Part shown: positions 12,089 to 23,923 of the stretch, piece by piece
How the letters are laid out: each line of letters begins with the position of its first letter
Position numbering within the stretch: the first letter of the stretch is position 1
The notes under the pieces: model-generated
What the model was told of the DNA's origin: nothing
Databases searched by the model: none
What the model saw: the letters and a program-made list of their open reading frames with translations, nothing else
Position numbers and translations under genes: made by a program
Assembly: GCA_051530055.1 (NCBI GenBank)
Contig: CM121341.1
Span: forward strand, 6,984,784-7,048,783
Length of the DNA: 64,000 nt
Reading direction: 5' to 3'
DNA from: Neoechinorhynchus agilis
Taxonomy: Eukaryota; Animalia; Acanthocephala

Positions 12089-13020
12089 TCAGTATTGCGG
12101 TATTGAACGATGCATACTTATTTTTGTGTTTTTTTAACACACCTTTAATTGTTCATCGCTATAACGTGTTGTTCAAAAACGGCTATTCAAATTTTTGAAC
12201 TTTCAAAAAACCGGGCTGTTTTGAAGTTAGTACATCCAGCCCATTTTGTAAACTTTCTAGCGTTGTTAATTGTACCAAACTTTCAAAAATCTTTTTCCGT
12301 ATTCTCGTCGCCAACACAATTGGACCTGTAAAATGAAAGCCTTAAATAATATATCATTTGCAATTAAAGTTTATAAATCAACTCTCTTTTTCTTGTCTAA
12401 TTGATGAATCACTTCAGCGTTTGCTCTAAAATGTACGATTGACCTAAAAATAAATTTCTAATCGAACCATCAAATAAATCCAACAAAAATGTATCAAATT
12501 CTAATTAAGATAGATCTTTATTCAGATTTTAGAGGTTCTCTTGTAGCGTCCGCAATGGTAATTCACAGTGCGGAATACTCAATGAAACCGCATCGTACAT
12601 TTTTGTCCACTGCCAATTCGGTTCAATACCTTTTATACGCCGGAAAGCGTTTCAGACTAAATTATAGAGAGAGAGAAAATATTCGGTAAGATAAAGTTTG
12701 AATTTGTTAATAATCTGCCCGTCGGAATATATTTTATCCGTAATTTCAGACTAAGTTTACAAGTGAAATTCGACTGGAAAAAAGAAACGTTTTGGTCAGA
12801 ACAAATAGACTTCTTGATAAAGAAAACTTGTTACGGATAAAAATAAAAAGTGGAAAATACAATTATGACTTAATCAAAAAAGAATGCCATCGGTTGAAAC
12901 CGATAGTTTTTTGTAACCATTGTTCATTTCGAAAACCCCGGTTTATGCAAAAAATAACCTTTGTATTTGACGTATTTTGAAAAACCCGTCAATCGTGTCA
13001 TTTTTTGAACCAGGGACGAT

Positions 13021-14145
13021 TTGATGAATCCACTAGCGGTCGTTTGTCGATTGTTCACCTTAAACTCAATCTTCTGTTATTTATACCCTCAAGACGAGAG
13101 GACATTATCATTTCCTCAGGTTTATGTGTTTCCTTACAGTGTTCGGCGAGGAATAAATACAACCGAACACGGTCACGAAGTTCTTGGAATCAAAATGGAC
13201 AATTGTCCAATTGGCACTACAAACGAGCACTGTCCAGATTTCGTCCTATACGAAAACACAGCGGGTATATTGATCGGTGATTTCTTTGTCTGTGGCCGTG
13301 AAAGTAGTGACAGGTACAATCGTGATGGAAATATGAGATATTTGCAAGTTAACGATTCTCGATTTGAAATGTCGTATGTGCAAGACGAAGAAGGTTGCAG
13401 GGCTGCCAGTTTGGTTGCTTTAGAATCAATTGATCGAGAAAAAGAAGACGTGGTTTATCTTCAATTGACGGCAGTAGACTTTACATCGACAGGACATCCC
13501 CAAAAGGAAATCTATATTCAAATCACGATTCTGGACGTGAATGATAATCCTCCAATGTTCGAAAAGTCCGTCATTTACGCAAGTGTACTTCCTCGTCATT
13601 TACTCACTGAGCCTCTTGTTCGCCTAGAAGCTCATGATCCAGACATGGTTCAAAATGAGACCATTTACTCTTTAGATGTTGAAGATCCTGATTTTTACAT
13701 AAATGAAAGCGATGGGTGTTTGTTTGCTCGTCGAAAGCTGACCAAGGACCGGACTCACTTTAGATCTGTGATTGTAAGGGCGACTGATGCGAGCAATGGA
13801 TTAAATTCTACAGTTGAGGTTGTGCTCTTAATAGTAGCCTTGGATAAGTTCGGATTAGAAGATTTCTCCGTGTTCATCACAACTATATTTTCAGTCATGG
13901 CTACTATTGGTGCCATATATCTACTGGTCGTACTGAGAAATTCAGCCAGGTTAACTGATCGATCACCTCTTGAAGCATCGAGTGAAGATGAGATGCAGGA
14001 ATACGAAGGCCCAGTTAAGAGACGAAGGACGAACTTTGATAACGCTGAAGACCAAAAACACAGCGAATGGTTCTCTAGCGTGGATACATCGAAATGGGTA
14101 AGGTATTCTAACGAAGAAGCAAAGGCCCGCATTTGTGCCCTTTAA
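13021..14145 (+). CDS. Short cadherin-domain type I membrane protein (2 EC-like repeats)
   Basis: SIDREKE, ITILDVNDNPPMF, AHDPD, VRATDAS, TM FSVFITTIFSVMATIGAIYLLVVL. Clear paralogue of 8971-9996. Confidence 0.88.
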   Translation: MMNPLAVVCRLFTLNSIFCYLYPQDERTLSFPQVYVFPYSVRRGINTTEHGHEVLGIKMDNCPIGTTNEHCPDFVLYENTAGILIGDFFVCGRESSDRYNRDGNMRYLQVNDSRFEMSYVQDEEGCRAASLVALESIDREKEDVVYLQLTAVDFTSTGHPQKEIYIQITILDVNDNPPMFEKSVIYASVLPRHLLTEPLVRLEAHDPDMVQNETIYSLDVEDPDFYINESDGCLFARRKLTKDRTHFRSVIVRATDASNGLNSTVEVVLLIVALDKFGLEDFSVFITTIFSVMATIGAIYLLVVLRNSARLTDRSPLEASSEDEMQEYEGPVKRRRTNFDNAEDQKHSEWFSSVDTSKWVRYSNEEAKARICAL

Positions 14146-14337
14146 GTGTATATTTTAAAAACCTTTTCAATAAATAATCTTGCACTTGACAGTTTAGACT
14201 GATCAATCGTTAAGTCGTCCATTAGTCCAGCGACATATCTCTCCTGCTTTTAGTAGAGAAACGCTCTATTTTGCACTTAAAATCAAATTTTCGCTAAGCC
14301 GCTCATTGTGGGGTTATCGACAAACAAAGACTTGAGA

Positions 14338-14508
14338 TACCGCGGCATAGGACCTGGTCAATCGATTGTCGAAAAGAGATTGGGACGAATCATGGCGCCG
14401 TCTTGGTGTAACGGTCGAATGGAAGGGAGGCAGCGTTCCACCACCGTTGCCAATGATTCGTCTCAATCTCTTTTCTACAATCGATTGACCAGGTCCTATG
14501 CCGCGGTA
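14338..14508. repeat. Long near-perfect inverted repeat (fold-back, ~60-bp arms)
   Basis: TACCGCGGCATAGGACCTGGTCAATCGATTGT..GAATCATGGC (14338-14397) is the reverse complement of 14449-14508 with few mismatches. Confidence 0.85.
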
Positions 14509-14605
14509 CCAAACGGCCCGAGCGTAGCATCAATAACGACCCAACTCGTGCCTATAATGCTGGCGGCGTTCCCCGTGAGGATAGTAAGTACTCCTGTGGC
14601 TGGCT

Positions 14606-14809
14606 GAGTTTGACATTTCGTAGTTGCGTCGAGGTGGTCAAGTGGACTAATGCCCGTGATCCCGATTAGGGGTCAAGTGGTTCGAATCCGTTACCACCAA
14701 TGACGCACAGCCAAAGGGGACGAAATACCTCGTTGAAAGGAGGAAGCTCACAAATGAGAGTCCCGCCTCCCCGGGAGGTATCTGAGGATCCGGAGGAATG
14801 TACAAACTC
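14606..14809 (+). mobile_element. tRNA-headed SINE-like element with hammerhead-like body
   Basis: A box TGGTCAAGTGG 14635-14645, B box GGTTCGAATCC 14679-14689, complementary termini GAGTTTGACATT / AATGTACAAACTC, and two further copies in the window. Confidence 0.75.
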
Positions 14810-15157
14810 TTAACCGACATTAGAGACTATGTGGTTATATCACTTCTCTGATGTAATTAGTTTGGCTTTATGCCTAAATAAATAAGCCGGACAAGAAAGG
14901 GATTGACTAAACTTAAAAAAATAAACAAAAAGGTTTAATGTGTTGAGCTCAGGAGTACTATGAGTTCTAGAAAGAACGACTGGCGTAAACGCTTTTTTCA
15001 CTCAAAAAATGAACAAAACTCCCTATTTAAACACATTGAAAAAGTAAAGACCCACGTGCGATCCTAGAATTTTGTTAGATGATTCACTTTTTTTTAGATG
15101 TCACAGTTATAGAACGATTGTCTAAAATCTAACGAAGCGAACTGATTTATTTCGTAT

Positions 15158-18100
15158 TCAGATCAATAATTGCAACGTGTATCCATCAAGATCTCCTGCA
15201 TTGGTAATCTTTGTACCTACGAGCTCTCGTCCAAGCTTCGCTAACGGTCTTACCCCTCCATTCTTAATCTTACGGATCCTTGTAATCCACGAATCATCTC
15301 CGTCTAATTCAAGATCCGTGCATTGCAGCTCACATGCATAATCCTTTATCAGTGTCCTAATATTTCCATGAGAACCGATAATTTGTAAAAGAACCTGATC
15401 GGCAGCGTCTCGAGATTCGTTCGATCGACTTCCACGACAAATTTTGACAATGCAATTGAACCCAAGTTGTTTAATTTCTTGATCAACGCGATCAGTGAGT
15501 AGGAGGTGGTGCGCGAAATGTACGGCAATGATTGGGAAATGCTCAAGCGACAACTCAATCATCCTTTGAATCGCCGTTCTATCATTAGAAGCTATCCCAA
15601 GAAATCCAAGGATCCTACAAATCCACATGAGCACCTCTGGATGCTCACTTGTAAATGTAATCAATGTATCTTTTACCCGTTGAACTCCTTCGAATGCATC
15701 AGGACGGTTTTTAGCGAGAAGACATAGACCAGATAAAGATTTGAGAATATGGGTGCTTAAATCGGACGGAGATGCCGATAGGATGTATTTGAGAGACAGA
15801 TCAATAAAGGCATGTATCGAGCTGAGCCGTTTTTCGCTCACATACAAAGATGCTTCTAATAAACCGCAAAGACATCTAAAATCGTTGCATGGGACTCTTA
15901 CTGAAGAATGTTGTTCGATATGTTGACCTAATTGAACACTTAGACATTTCTCCTGGCTTCTTATAAGGCGATCTATAAGTTCAATTAAAGAATCGCGTCT
16001 ACTTTCGTCTTGGAAAGGAAGCACATTACTCTCAAATGCGTTTATGCCCACAAGGAGATATTGGTTAACGTCCGTGTTAGTCTGAAATGCAGGAACCTCA
16101 AGAATTGAACCGATCAATACGTCGTTCGGTTGAGCACCAACAAGTCCACAGCTCACATTATGACATGCAATTTCTTGGCGAACTCCCAACATACCCAAGT
16201 ATCGGAGTCCAATCGTAGCCATAAGACTGATTGTCGTGTTAGAAGCGAGACTGATTGCTCGAAATAGAGCAGGATGTAGCTGAGCTCCGAAGAATCGAAT
16301 TACTTGTCGAATGTCTTCATGATAGAGACATGTGACTAGAAGAAGCACCATTTCTGTATGGAGGGCGACTGAACATTTTTGACCGATTATTCGAATGATT
16401 GGGCCGATTATTGCCAAAAGAGACTGTTTCACAATCGATACGTCCAAATATGGAATAAGTAGGAATAAGATGGAAGCGCATGCCAGTTTGGGCTCGTCGT
16501 CTAAGGCGCTTATAATAATGTGCTTGAACACTGGCGTCAAATGTTTTATACCACGTTCTGGAAGATTGAATCCAGGTTGCATTTAGATTTAAGATCGCTG
16601 AAAATCCAGGATTATGCGAAATTCATTTTTAGTATCGAGGAAAATATTGTTATCAACAACAACAACAAATAGTTTGGAAAGCTTCAGTTTCAATTAGCGA
16701 TGTTTGATTAAGAAAATAGATTTATCTTGAAAATTTCCGGCTTTTTCGTTGGCCTTCTTCAGTCAATTGTTTGCAAGTTTTTTTCAACTGTGGCCGCACT
16801 TGTTACTTTTTAATTTTTTGATTCCGTAGTAATAACATTCCCTTTCCCCCAAAAAAGGGCTTCATTTTAGAAAAAAAGGCGATCTCAAATCCAAATGATA
16901 AAAAAATAGTCTTGGCGCCTTTTAACAATTCCTGACTAATATATGGTTTCACAATGTCAGACCAGCAACGACTCAACGTACTCACAAATCGGATGTAATC
17001 TTCTTCGGTCATCTTCTTTACGATCGCGTCGATCAACTGATAGGAGAGGTAAGCCTTTTCGGTATCAATGACCAGTTTTAAAGCTACTGATAATAGAATC
17101 TCGAGGGTCCTATCGTTAGCTGATTGGTGAAGTTGTTCATTGATTGGAAGATACGACTGAGAATCTTGCACAAAGGCAACTAATACTTTTACTCCGATAG
17201 TTTCATTTGTTCGATCAGTTGAGCAAAATTGTGCCAATTTTTCAACAACGAGACTTGCCTGTGAGCTTCCATCTTGACCACAAATTCCTCCATCTAAACA
17301 CTCTGCGATTCGACTAAAAATCCGTTTATCCTCCTGATCAACGTCTTCGATCGAACATAAAAATAGACTGATAATAGCACCGATATTACCTATAATCAAT
17401 TTCTGATCGCTGCATCTACAGATTGAATCGGCGAAACACACCAACGCACTCGGATACTTTATGGATTTATGTTCAGCCAAAAGACATGTGAGTAGATGCT
17501 GTGTTGATTGAGGGTCGAGAGTTTGAATGATGGCGAGGACACTATGTTTAAAGAACTTTTCTCCGGGAAATACTTCGTCGCGCTCGATTGGAGGTTCATT
17601 TGAAGAGAGCTGTTTAAGACATTCCATTAGAATCTCAGCAGTCCGACGAACGCCAAACAGTTTAAGTAAGTGAGGAACAATCAGTGAGAGACATGATCTC
17701 ACCGATGGATCACTACTACCCATGCCATCAACTAGTATACCGACCAAAACTCGTGATTGTTGGAACAGTGAGTCTCGAATCATGTACGATTGTTCAAGAA
17801 TCCACGCAATTCCTTTTAGAACTCCACAATGTACAATTGGTCGATATTCGCCTTCGTTAACTTCCCGCAACAATTCATCGACAATCACATTGAAAGCCTT
17901 TTGATCGGCACCTATAAGCCGATAAAGTTCGCCGATCGACTTGGCCATAATGAATTGTACTTCGTGATCAGAATGAATGAGATTTTTCTTAATCGTGTCC
18001 AGAATTGTCGGCAAAAGTGAATTCATAATAGCAGTACTTCCATGAGCTGGAGAAAGCACTTTCCAAATATGAGCAGCTTTTTGTGCGTTTCCTGTGATGA

Positions 18101-21100
18101 TATCGTTACTTGAGATGAAAAGTTCACTTAGTGTTCGATCCGTGTTTTGGGACCCGATACGTTTCTTAAGAACGGGATATCCCTGCTCGTTTTTCTTTAA
18201 ATTAACATCCCCGTAGTCTTCAGAACACGAAATTTTGAACAAAAGATCTCCGAGAAGTATGACGGCTTGACCACGTACTCTCCAATTGTTGTCAAAGAGA
18301 TGAAGTTTGATTTCATTTATCAGAAGATTGATCGAGTCTACATCATAACTAAGAGTGTCAACTAATCGTTTACCGAGAGAAGCGGACGCTCCTCGAATTT
18401 CTTCGTTTTCGTTTCCGATAAGCTCAAGCACTACAACAAGCAATGATCCTACGTAATGCGTAAATACCTTAGGACTATTAACAGCGAGGAAGTCAAAGAA
18501 AACAAGCGAAGCATATTGACTCGAGGGAACTTGATGCAACAATTTAAGAAGGTTCTTTGTTTGTTCATGCAAATATTCTTCACCCATACCTACGGAAAGT
18601 TCGCATAGACCTTGTGCAGCGCCCATTTTCTGAATCGTCGATGAACCAATATCTGCTTTCATTTGATCAATGAACCAATTAGCGTACGAGTCAATCGCCT
18701 TCCCGCCTCGTTTCGAAGTCTTTGATACGATCACCGCCATTAGTTTCGCTATTCGACGGCGAACTTCAGGTGATGGGTCAATCAAGTGCTTCTTGCAATG
18801 ATCGATCATAATATCGGCATAAGGAGCGATTCCATCGACCGGGGCATTAGAAAACAAGAATATCGATGCATCTGCTGTCTGCTGACGCATTTCAGCCAAA
18901 CGGTCATTGAGTCCTCGTTCAAGTACCGGATGAAGTCAACGTCAAATAAAACAAAGCATTTGAAAAGGATTGTGTTGTTCAAAATAGACTATAGAAAGTG
19001 TATGTAGATCAAAAAAGTCCATCCAGAAAACAATAGACCTTTTTGGATTAAACATTGTTACGAAGAACTAGGTCTATTTTAGACTTGAAGTAAATTTAAA
19101 CCAACGAAAAAGTCTTAAAAAGATCGCATGTCTCTTTACTTGAATGTAAGGGATTTTCTCAGTGTTTCATAAAAATGGTCTTATAAAAGAATGGATCACC
19201 CACCACCGACCATAGACTGCATGTTGTTTACGGGAACAACTAAGGACGTAGAAGCAAGATCAAGAACGCCCTGTTCACTGTCCGTCATTCTACGGAGTCC
19301 TTGCATACAAGCCGATAATCGATTAGCAGGATCTTGTATAGCAGAAATGACTAATGGAATCATAGCCCTCATATAGGCGTTCTTTGTGACCGAACCGAGA
19401 TTCTGAAGTGATTTCTGAGCGCTTTCAAGTAGTTGCATTTGAGTCGCACTCAACAAGACATCAATAAGCTTTGGTACAATCGTCGGTAAACATTCATGGA
19501 GGTATTCAGGAGAACAAAATGCCATCATTCCGAGACATTCAACAGCACCTTTTTTGGTTCGCCATTGATTCGATTCGGTAGCGTCCATGAGAGAGGGAAG
19601 TACAAGTCGTATTGCTTTCGGACTTAAAGACTTAATCATCGCTCTGGAACATTGATCAGCGGCGGATCTGATCGAAGAATCATTATCCGAAAGTAAAGCA
19701 AGGATTGAAGAAAGGATTGGAATGGCGAACATTTCAAACGCAGATCCATTTACGTCGAACATGGCACCGAATCCAAGAAGCGCTCCTTCTCGCGATTTAT
19801 TTGATATCCCGCCAGTGCTCTCTATATTATGTTGCCATTCGGAAATAAAAGGAAGATTTGATAGCCGGGCAATCCCTATTCCTTTCCCAATTCCAGCAAT
19901 TCCATACGCCACACCTCTTCTAGAAGATAGACTCTCATTTGAAGACAAACGTTGGTTGAGTCGGTTAAGTCTATCAGTAAGATTAACTGCAATTTGTGGG
20001 ACAAGTTTGCCGAGGCAATTCGCGACTGCTAATTGTACAAACCGAGAAGGTGTCGTCAGAATATCACATAATTGATCGATTACACTAAGAAGTTTAGATT
20101 CGTCATATTGAAGATATCTTGCGATAGTTCCGATAAGAATAACTATATTTAATCGAACATTATCGTAAGTAGATGATTTTGAAAGTTTTGATAAATAATT
20201 ATCGAGATACTTGACGAGATTATCACGATCGTTCCCATCAGCTCTATCGACCAAAATCGAAGCGACTCTTAGGAAATTTTCTCGTACTTCCACGACAGGA
20301 CAATTAAAACCCTCGTGAACAATAAATTTGACAGTTAGTGCCATAATAAGCGATGAAGGAGCTGGTACAAACGATTCCCACATGGATCGAAAACAAAACG
20401 ATATTGACTTGAACATTGAACACGTGTCGTTATCAAACCGTCTATCACGTCCGACCTTTGTAGTTTCATTAATCTGTTGATATCGAGCAATGAGCAACTC
20501 AGTTGTCTTCATTTGAAGGTCTAAATCGTTTTTAATGAGGAAAGGAATAGACGCTGATATATGGTCAAGAGGAAAAATGCCCAGATGAGATATTATGTCA
20601 CTTATAATACCATCAGGAATTTTTGAGCGGATTCCATCGTATAGAGTAAGAATGCGATTACGTCTACTTGCGACTAAATGATCATCAGCTCGGCCAAAAA
20701 CAATCAATCGAACTATTTGAAGGTGTAGATTAGTTGTATTAATAACACTCGTGATTGATTTTGCACTAATACAAATCATTCTAAGAATTATATCAGCAGA
20801 TTTCCAATTGATGTCCAAGTATTTCACGAAAACAGCCGACAGCTCATCGAATGATCGCTCTAATCGGAAATACCAGTCACTTAGTCGCTCACAAATCATG
20901 AGTAAATCATCATGAGTTGAGGTGATCATCACCCTGGTGATATATCCCAATAAATAATCCAAAATCAAAATAACCATCCTATCGGAATTGTCTTCGTAGC
21001 GAAGATCGCGAATCTTATCAGTACATTCGTCCAAAAGAGCTAATGATCGATCACTTAGCGTAGTATCGGAATGCTTAAGTTCGTCCAGAATGATCCATCG

Positions 21101-23668
21101 GAATTTTACCATTTGAAGTACACCTTCCAGCGTTTCTTCGATACGAATGCCTCCTTTCCTTTGTAATGATGACCACATCAATCGTTGATGCTCGAATTTC
21201 TCCGAACGACAGTATAAATTGTAAACGCTTAGTGCAATATCTTTAGAAATGCTCGATTGAAGGTGAGCGTCAATGGCATCCATGAACAAAAAAAGGCATT
21301 GATCGACGATATCTTTTCTTATTACAACTTTCTTTAATGCATTCCATAATATCTGAGACCTTTTCCTTTTGTCCAGAAATTCCAACCTAAGCTTCTTCTC
21401 CTCCATCAAATGGACGTCGTATTGATCGACGAATTTTCCCTGTAAAAAAATGCGGATATCTCCCCGCTTTTGCTCCATTTTCTCCTTTAAAATCTCCAAT
21501 TCTTCTTTTTCCTGTTTTGATTTCGCCATATTTCTTCGATCTTCAATGAAATCCGAAGTAAGTTGATTAATTATTTTCTCGCTAATCAGATGATTACAAG
21601 TCAAATTACTTTTGAGCAAAGCGTCGGCGCGATCGTCCGTAATCGCCGTGTACTTAAGAATCTCCAATATCTGTTTAAGGCACTCCACTGCAAAAACTTT
21701 CGACATTCTGAACATAATCAGAACAGCGTTGGCGACAACTGAATCGTTACATTGCAAAATATCGTCTATTACAGATTTGACAACCGACTGTGAGTCCCCA
21801 TCATATCGTTGCTGCTTAGGAAAATCAAACGGGTTCATGCGGTTCAAAGACAAATGAGCAAGGATTTGTATAATAATCGAAGAAAGATCAATGTTTAATC
21901 CGTCTGTTTGTTGTCGATATTTCGATAAAAGCAAGCGCAAATAGTCCATTAGACGACACACTCCTGTGCGATTGCAACATCCAACTTTCATTTTGTTTGC
22001 CTGAAGAAATTTTAATGAAGAAATTGTGGCTAATCGATTTAAAAAGAAATGGAGCCGAACTTAACGTAGTTGACAATTCGTTATGATTTCAAATTTATAA
22101 ATTAAATGTTAAGTGTTATTCTATTTTAAATTGAAACAAAAGCGCAACAAATCAAATAATTAATCCTCGAACTTCGAGTTTGGCGATCCCGAGCAATCGA
22201 ACTTAAACCCTTAATGTGTAAAACTCATTTTTAGATGACTGAGGAAGAGACCTCCTCGCGAAACATTTCCCCTATAAATCAAATATAGTTTATGACCAAG
22301 TGTATTTTCACCAAAATTATACAAAATGAATTCGCTTTTCTAGACTTAAATGTGATAAAATGAGAAATTACGAGAATAAAAATAAACAATCTATAGGCAC
22401 AATTCCTTCTCGACGGTTTCAAGTAACGACCGGAATAAAATCAAAAGCTGATCATCGTTCAACGTAAATTCACATTCTTTTTTCATCCAATCCAAAAGTT
22501 CAAGACTAGCACCATGAGTAATGGAGCATCCAGCAAGTTTAAGAGTGAATTCAGTTTTATTTGAGTTCAAGAGACTGATAGCACCACAGGCGAACGAAGT
22601 AGACCTTTCAGTTGCTAAAGTAGTCGAGTTTACATGTTCCTTGAGAGCATAAATCGTTTTCTTATCATCCGGAAATAGGCACAAATACCAAATCAGATAA
22701 TCCGGAGATTGATTGGATCTAGAATGATCTCTTACATTGAAACCATGTCGTTGTTTTAAATAAAACAGAATTTGTAGGGCTTTTGGTGAGTCCAAGTTCT
22801 TTAAAAGTTTTTCTATCTTATCCATACTCGATGAGAAAATATGACGATGAGCTACAAGATCGTCAATCAGAGTCTTTTTAATCAAATCAACACCTCTTGA
22901 ATCGAGTAGATTATCTAGAGATTTACAAAGAAAATCGTACTGACCAGGACGAGCTCTTCTAATAAGAAATTTAAGAAGATGAGCTTTTTGATCATTTCTT
23001 AACGATGAATTCGGTCCAATGGTCACTAGAACATGTTCATCAAGTGTTTCGGCGTATATTAAACTGAGACAGTCGGCAACGGAATCACAAAGTTCACTTT
23101 CATTTTCGTATAAATCAATCAGAGTATCCACGATAGATTTGAGTTTTTCAGCTAATCCGTTTTGAAGAATAAAATGAACGTATCGAAGTGCTACTTCTGT
23201 GTTTTTGAGCAAAAACCGACGTATATCAGATAGAAGATCGGGAGATATATCAGCGAGTGCTACTAATTCTCGGAATTCGTTCATATTCCGGTCTGTAAAG
23301 TGACTAGAGGAAATTGAAGATTTTATCCATTTCTGAACTGTAGAATTACATAGAACATCCAGTTTTTGAGCACCAGCAATTTTTAGAGCATTTAAGAATA
23401 TTAAATTATCTTCGTTCCCGTCGAAATTGGAACAGTTTATAATCTTGTTCTCCAGTCTACACAACACTTTAAGACTTCCTTTCATCAACTTACGAGCATT
23501 CTTTGGACGATGATTGAACAAACAGCAAATTAGCCATTCTGCCCTTTCCAACGATTCGGCACTTTGATTAAAAGACAACAAAGCAGTTTTACATGATTTG
23601 TAATCACAAATCAATGATCGATTTGGGCGAACCCTATCACCATCATTTTTTAACACATTCGGAGCCAT
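15158..23668 (-). CDS. GCN1: GCN1 (eIF2-alpha kinase activator, HEAT repeats), 4 exons (~23668-22411, 22014-19232, 18926-16906, 16580-15158)
   Basis: LSPKAIRLVLPSLM..QWRTKKGAVECLGMMAFC..LPTIVPKL, SSRRGVAYGIAGIGKG, LFDNNWRVRGQAVILLGDLLFKIS, PGFNLPERG, IIGPIIRIIG. About 2500 aa in total. Confidence 0.9.
16581..16905 (-). other. GCN1 intron 3, flanked by a 19-bp terminal stem
   Basis: CATTTGGATTTGAGATCGC (16897-16879) pairs with GCGATCTTAAATCTAAATG (16598-16580). An in-frame TAA directly precedes the resumed frame. The 5' boundary is uncertain (16902/16905/16911). Confidence 0.65.
18930..19234 (-). other. GCN1 intron 2 (305 nt), no usable AG acceptor
   Basis: Homology joins DLASTSLVVP to VLERGLNDR. 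An in-frame TGA three codons upstream of the resumed exon leaves no AG. Registers are CC..AT (18930-19234) or GT..CG (18927-19231). The stem is weak. Confidence 0.6.
22015..22410 (-). other. GCN1 intron 1, flanked by a ~20-bp terminal stem
   Basis: GAAGGAATTGTGCCTATAGATT (22409-22388) pairs with AATCGATTAGCCACAATTTCTTC (22039-22017). An AG..AT register fits, but a GT(22414)..AG(22001) solution also exists. Confidence 0.5.
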
Positions 23669-23923
23669 TTTTTTAAGATAATTGGAAATTTATTTACGTT
23701 TTTGAGAATCTCAACGATGAGAAAGAAATGAATACCTTCACGTAAAACCTCGTAAGTTGATCAATTTTATCTTAAACTTGATTAAATTTGTTTGAGAGGT
23801 CATCGATCGGTACATAACGCCCTGATCATCGTACGGTTTCGAAATGTTCTTAATAAAACGTTCTTTACTGGACGAAAACAACAAACTTTATTTATCAAGT
23901 AGAAAAACACAGTCAATAATTAA

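Noticed and set aside
14627-14700. SINE head as a functional tRNA gene
   Set aside because: A and B boxes are present, but no 7-bp acceptor stem or regular anticodon arm forms, and the three copies diverge freely.
14755-14809. HDV-like ribozyme, because GTCC(C/A)GCCTCCTCG resembles the HDV P2-P3-L3 segment
   Set aside because: I found no upstream strand complementary to the would-be P1 3' strand, and no P4 or J4/2 arrangement followed by a P2 partner. The hammerhead pairing explains more conserved positions.
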